Source of the DNA: Cenococcum geophilum
Taxonomy: Eukaryota
Reading direction: 5' to 3'
DNA length: 64,000 nucleotides
Assembly (NCBI GenBank): GCA_050273025.1
Contig: CP158636.1
Location: forward strand, 7,440,001 to 7,504,000
In this document: positions 61,591-64,000 of the stretch, piece after piece
Numbering within the stretch: the stretch's first letter is position 1
How the letters are laid out: every line of letters starts with the position of its first letter
The notes under the pieces: model-generated
Told to the model about the DNA's origin: nothing
Databases searched by the model: none
Seen by the model: only the letters and a program-made list of their open reading frames with translations
Program-made: the position numbers and the translations under genes

Positions 61591-64000
61591 GACTCTTTTA
61601 TGCGAATATTTCCTACCTTCCGGTAGTTATGTAATAGTTCTCTTTCTTAACGCGGGTGTGATTTTGGATGTTGATATTTAATAGTTCTAAATTAAATATT
61701 TAGCTATGGTTCTGGCTTCCGACAAATGTATTATTAGTTAATTAATCTAAGGTATTATATATTACTTACAACTCCACTACGCCGGCTTATTAATTAGTGG
61801 AGGATAGAAATTTCCCTTAAAATTAGTTAACATTCTGTGAATTAATAAAGGGAGAGACCTACTAGTTACCTAGCTCGCACGATTACCTAGCTCCTATAAC
61901 TACCTTGCCCTATAGCCCGTACCAAGCCGGCGATAAGTAGCGATCGCGGCCAATATTATGGGTTTAGATTCTACGTATAGTAGGTATTAGTGTATATAAT
62001 AATTAGCGATACTACCTTTATACGCTAGAAGACAAAACAAAACCGGGTTTACTAGGCCATTATATTAATAGGTAGCACCTATATAGTTATAGTGTCTGCT
62101 TTTTCTTCTGCTTTAGTTACATTTATACGCTATATTGCGGCAAGCCTGCCGTCTCCCTTATAGGTAATGATATTAACGCATAATATTCCTAATATTATAC
62201 TTAAAATAATGAGAGAGGATACTATTAATGGTCCCCTTTTTAGCGCTTAATATATAATTTATAGGGCTGCAGATAGACTTATATAGAGAGTTTAAAGACA
62301 AAATTCATTGCTTTATATTTTTTTAAGCATCTTGATTCTTCCAAAGGTCTATTTAAGTGGGAAATCTTACGCCACGACCCCGCGATATGTTTACCGTATC
62401 ATTTACCTCTTTCTTTAATCTTGGATGGTAAAATCTAGTAGTTAAAAAGGTAGATCTATCTAATACCCAAAACGCGGCTATAGGAGGTTTATAATTATTC
62501 TCAGGAAGTCTATAGTTAAAGATAATCCAAATATATCTTACCACTTTTGTAATTAAATACCGTATAGGCTTTGCATCCACTACAGTGTCAATAAAACTAA
62601 GCGTTTACTTTAAGAATGTATAGATCAACTCTATGTCCGTATAATTAGTATCCAATTTATAAGAGTTAAGTAAAGCCGGGCGAGTGGTAATAAGAACTTA
62701 AATTGGGGGCGATATAGTAGATTGTGTTATGTATGCGACAGTTAAAGCTATAGGTGTGTTTAAGGAGGTTTTGCGACTCTAGAGTAGGGTAGGTATATTT
62801 ATAACAACTTTCTACCTAATTTAGTGCTCCTCTAGTCTACGTAATATTGTCGCCCGTGTATTATCCGCCGTAGCTATTTATTTCCTTCTAGACGTCCTAA
62901 TCCGTATAGCTATAGCCTATAAAATAGTAGGTGTGTATAAAACACATAAAGCCGCAAGTACTAAGGTTGAATATATTTATAAGTTTAATTATCTTTTAAG
63001 TTGGAACTAGATTAAATAAATAATTAGCTAAGGCTTAAAAATATTTAGCTTTGTTTACCTTGCATTAAGGTAGTTAGTCCTATATATTCGGCCATACATT
63101 TACTTCTAACTCTAGGGTCTTATATATTTAGCTTCCTATAGAGCCTTATCTTATAATTATATCCTATAAGGCACCAAACGTATTTAGTGCGGCATTTAAT
63201 AAAGATGGAGGCCTTATAAAGTTTGCCTTAGCTAATAAGTTTTAGATAAAGACCGCTGCATACAAAACGTAGTTAATGTTCGCATTTAGTAGCTTCCTGT
63301 AAGCAATCTAGGCTAAGAAAACCGGTGAGCCCTTTTAGCATTCGCCTTTGCGCAGATATAAGGCAGCTGCTAGTGCTAAGGACGCGTATAGAAGCTGGCT
63401 CCGTTTCTTTTCATTTACTTAGCCCCCGGGTTCCTGCCCTGCCTCCTATATTCTTTAAGCTTATAGATATATCTTTATAATTGCCTAAGTTTCCAGACTA
63501 GCATTAGTTTAGCAATAACCTCTAAGTAAGCAGCAAAAACGAACCGCAGTTTTCGTTAAGGCGATATTCTCTATATAGCGCGTTAGATATATCTAGCTGC
63601 GTAGAAAATAATTCTAATCTTATATTACAACTATATTTATAGGGTACCTCTTTTGCGTCTCCTGATATTTTATATATTAGGCTTTTACTATATATTGAAG
63701 ATAAGTACATTTATAGTAAACTTAAGTATAATCGCACATTTTGCGGAACTGTAGAAAAATGCCATTATGCTAAGAAATAATGACTTATATATTTCTTAAA
63801 ATGCATATAAACTCTCCGGGTTAGTTTTTAAAATAAAGGGGTAGATATGGGAATTGTTAATATTTTAGGTTATAAATTTATACTTAAAGCTAATATAGGC
63901 CAGTCCAAATACGGCGCTGGTGATTTTTACCGCGCTTGGCGGAGAGTTTGCTGCCTAACCTAAATAGAAGAAATATGCAGGCACTAATAGCGGCAGAAGA

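Noticed and set aside
26000..64000. Starship captain (DUF3435) or DUF3723 gene
   Set aside because: Could not find diagnostic motifs by eye; heavy RIP may hide them
62300..64000. Probable degenerate minus-strand gene(s) (likewise 31300-32230, 39400-42150, 49600-51500)
   Set aside because: Coding-like texture but no motif I can assign; boundaries unsupported

Overview
Fungal (filamentous ascomycete) accessory region, mostly destroyed by repeat-induced point mutation (RIP: CpA->TpA changes, many TAA/TAG stops), with one largely unmutated island at about 3.5-12.8 kb. The island holds an amyloid-signalling cell-death module. It has a spliced NACHT-ankyrin NLR (minus strand) whose first exon is a PP/RHIM-like amyloid motif, a divergent HET-S-like HeLo protein ending in a PP motif, a second orphan PP micro-exon, and a WD40 remnant at the NLR 3' end. 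The module sits between two nested pairs of inverted repeats. The outer pair has TA|ACGT-type ends at 3051 and 21656 and also encloses a RIP'd Fot1/pogo transposase, suggesting an ~18.6 kb composite DNA transposon carrying an immune cassette (inference). Other mobile elements are a Tc1 nested in a deleted pogo, a full-length Copia, a full-length chromodomain Gypsy with a solo LTR, and a LINE-like tail. RIP-killed non-TE genes include a kinase, nucleoside deoxyribosyltransferase-like, ferritin-like, CVNH, PD-(D/E)xK-like, an AAA ATPase and several unknowns. Pseudogene boundaries and family assignments come from reading motifs by eye and are approximate.
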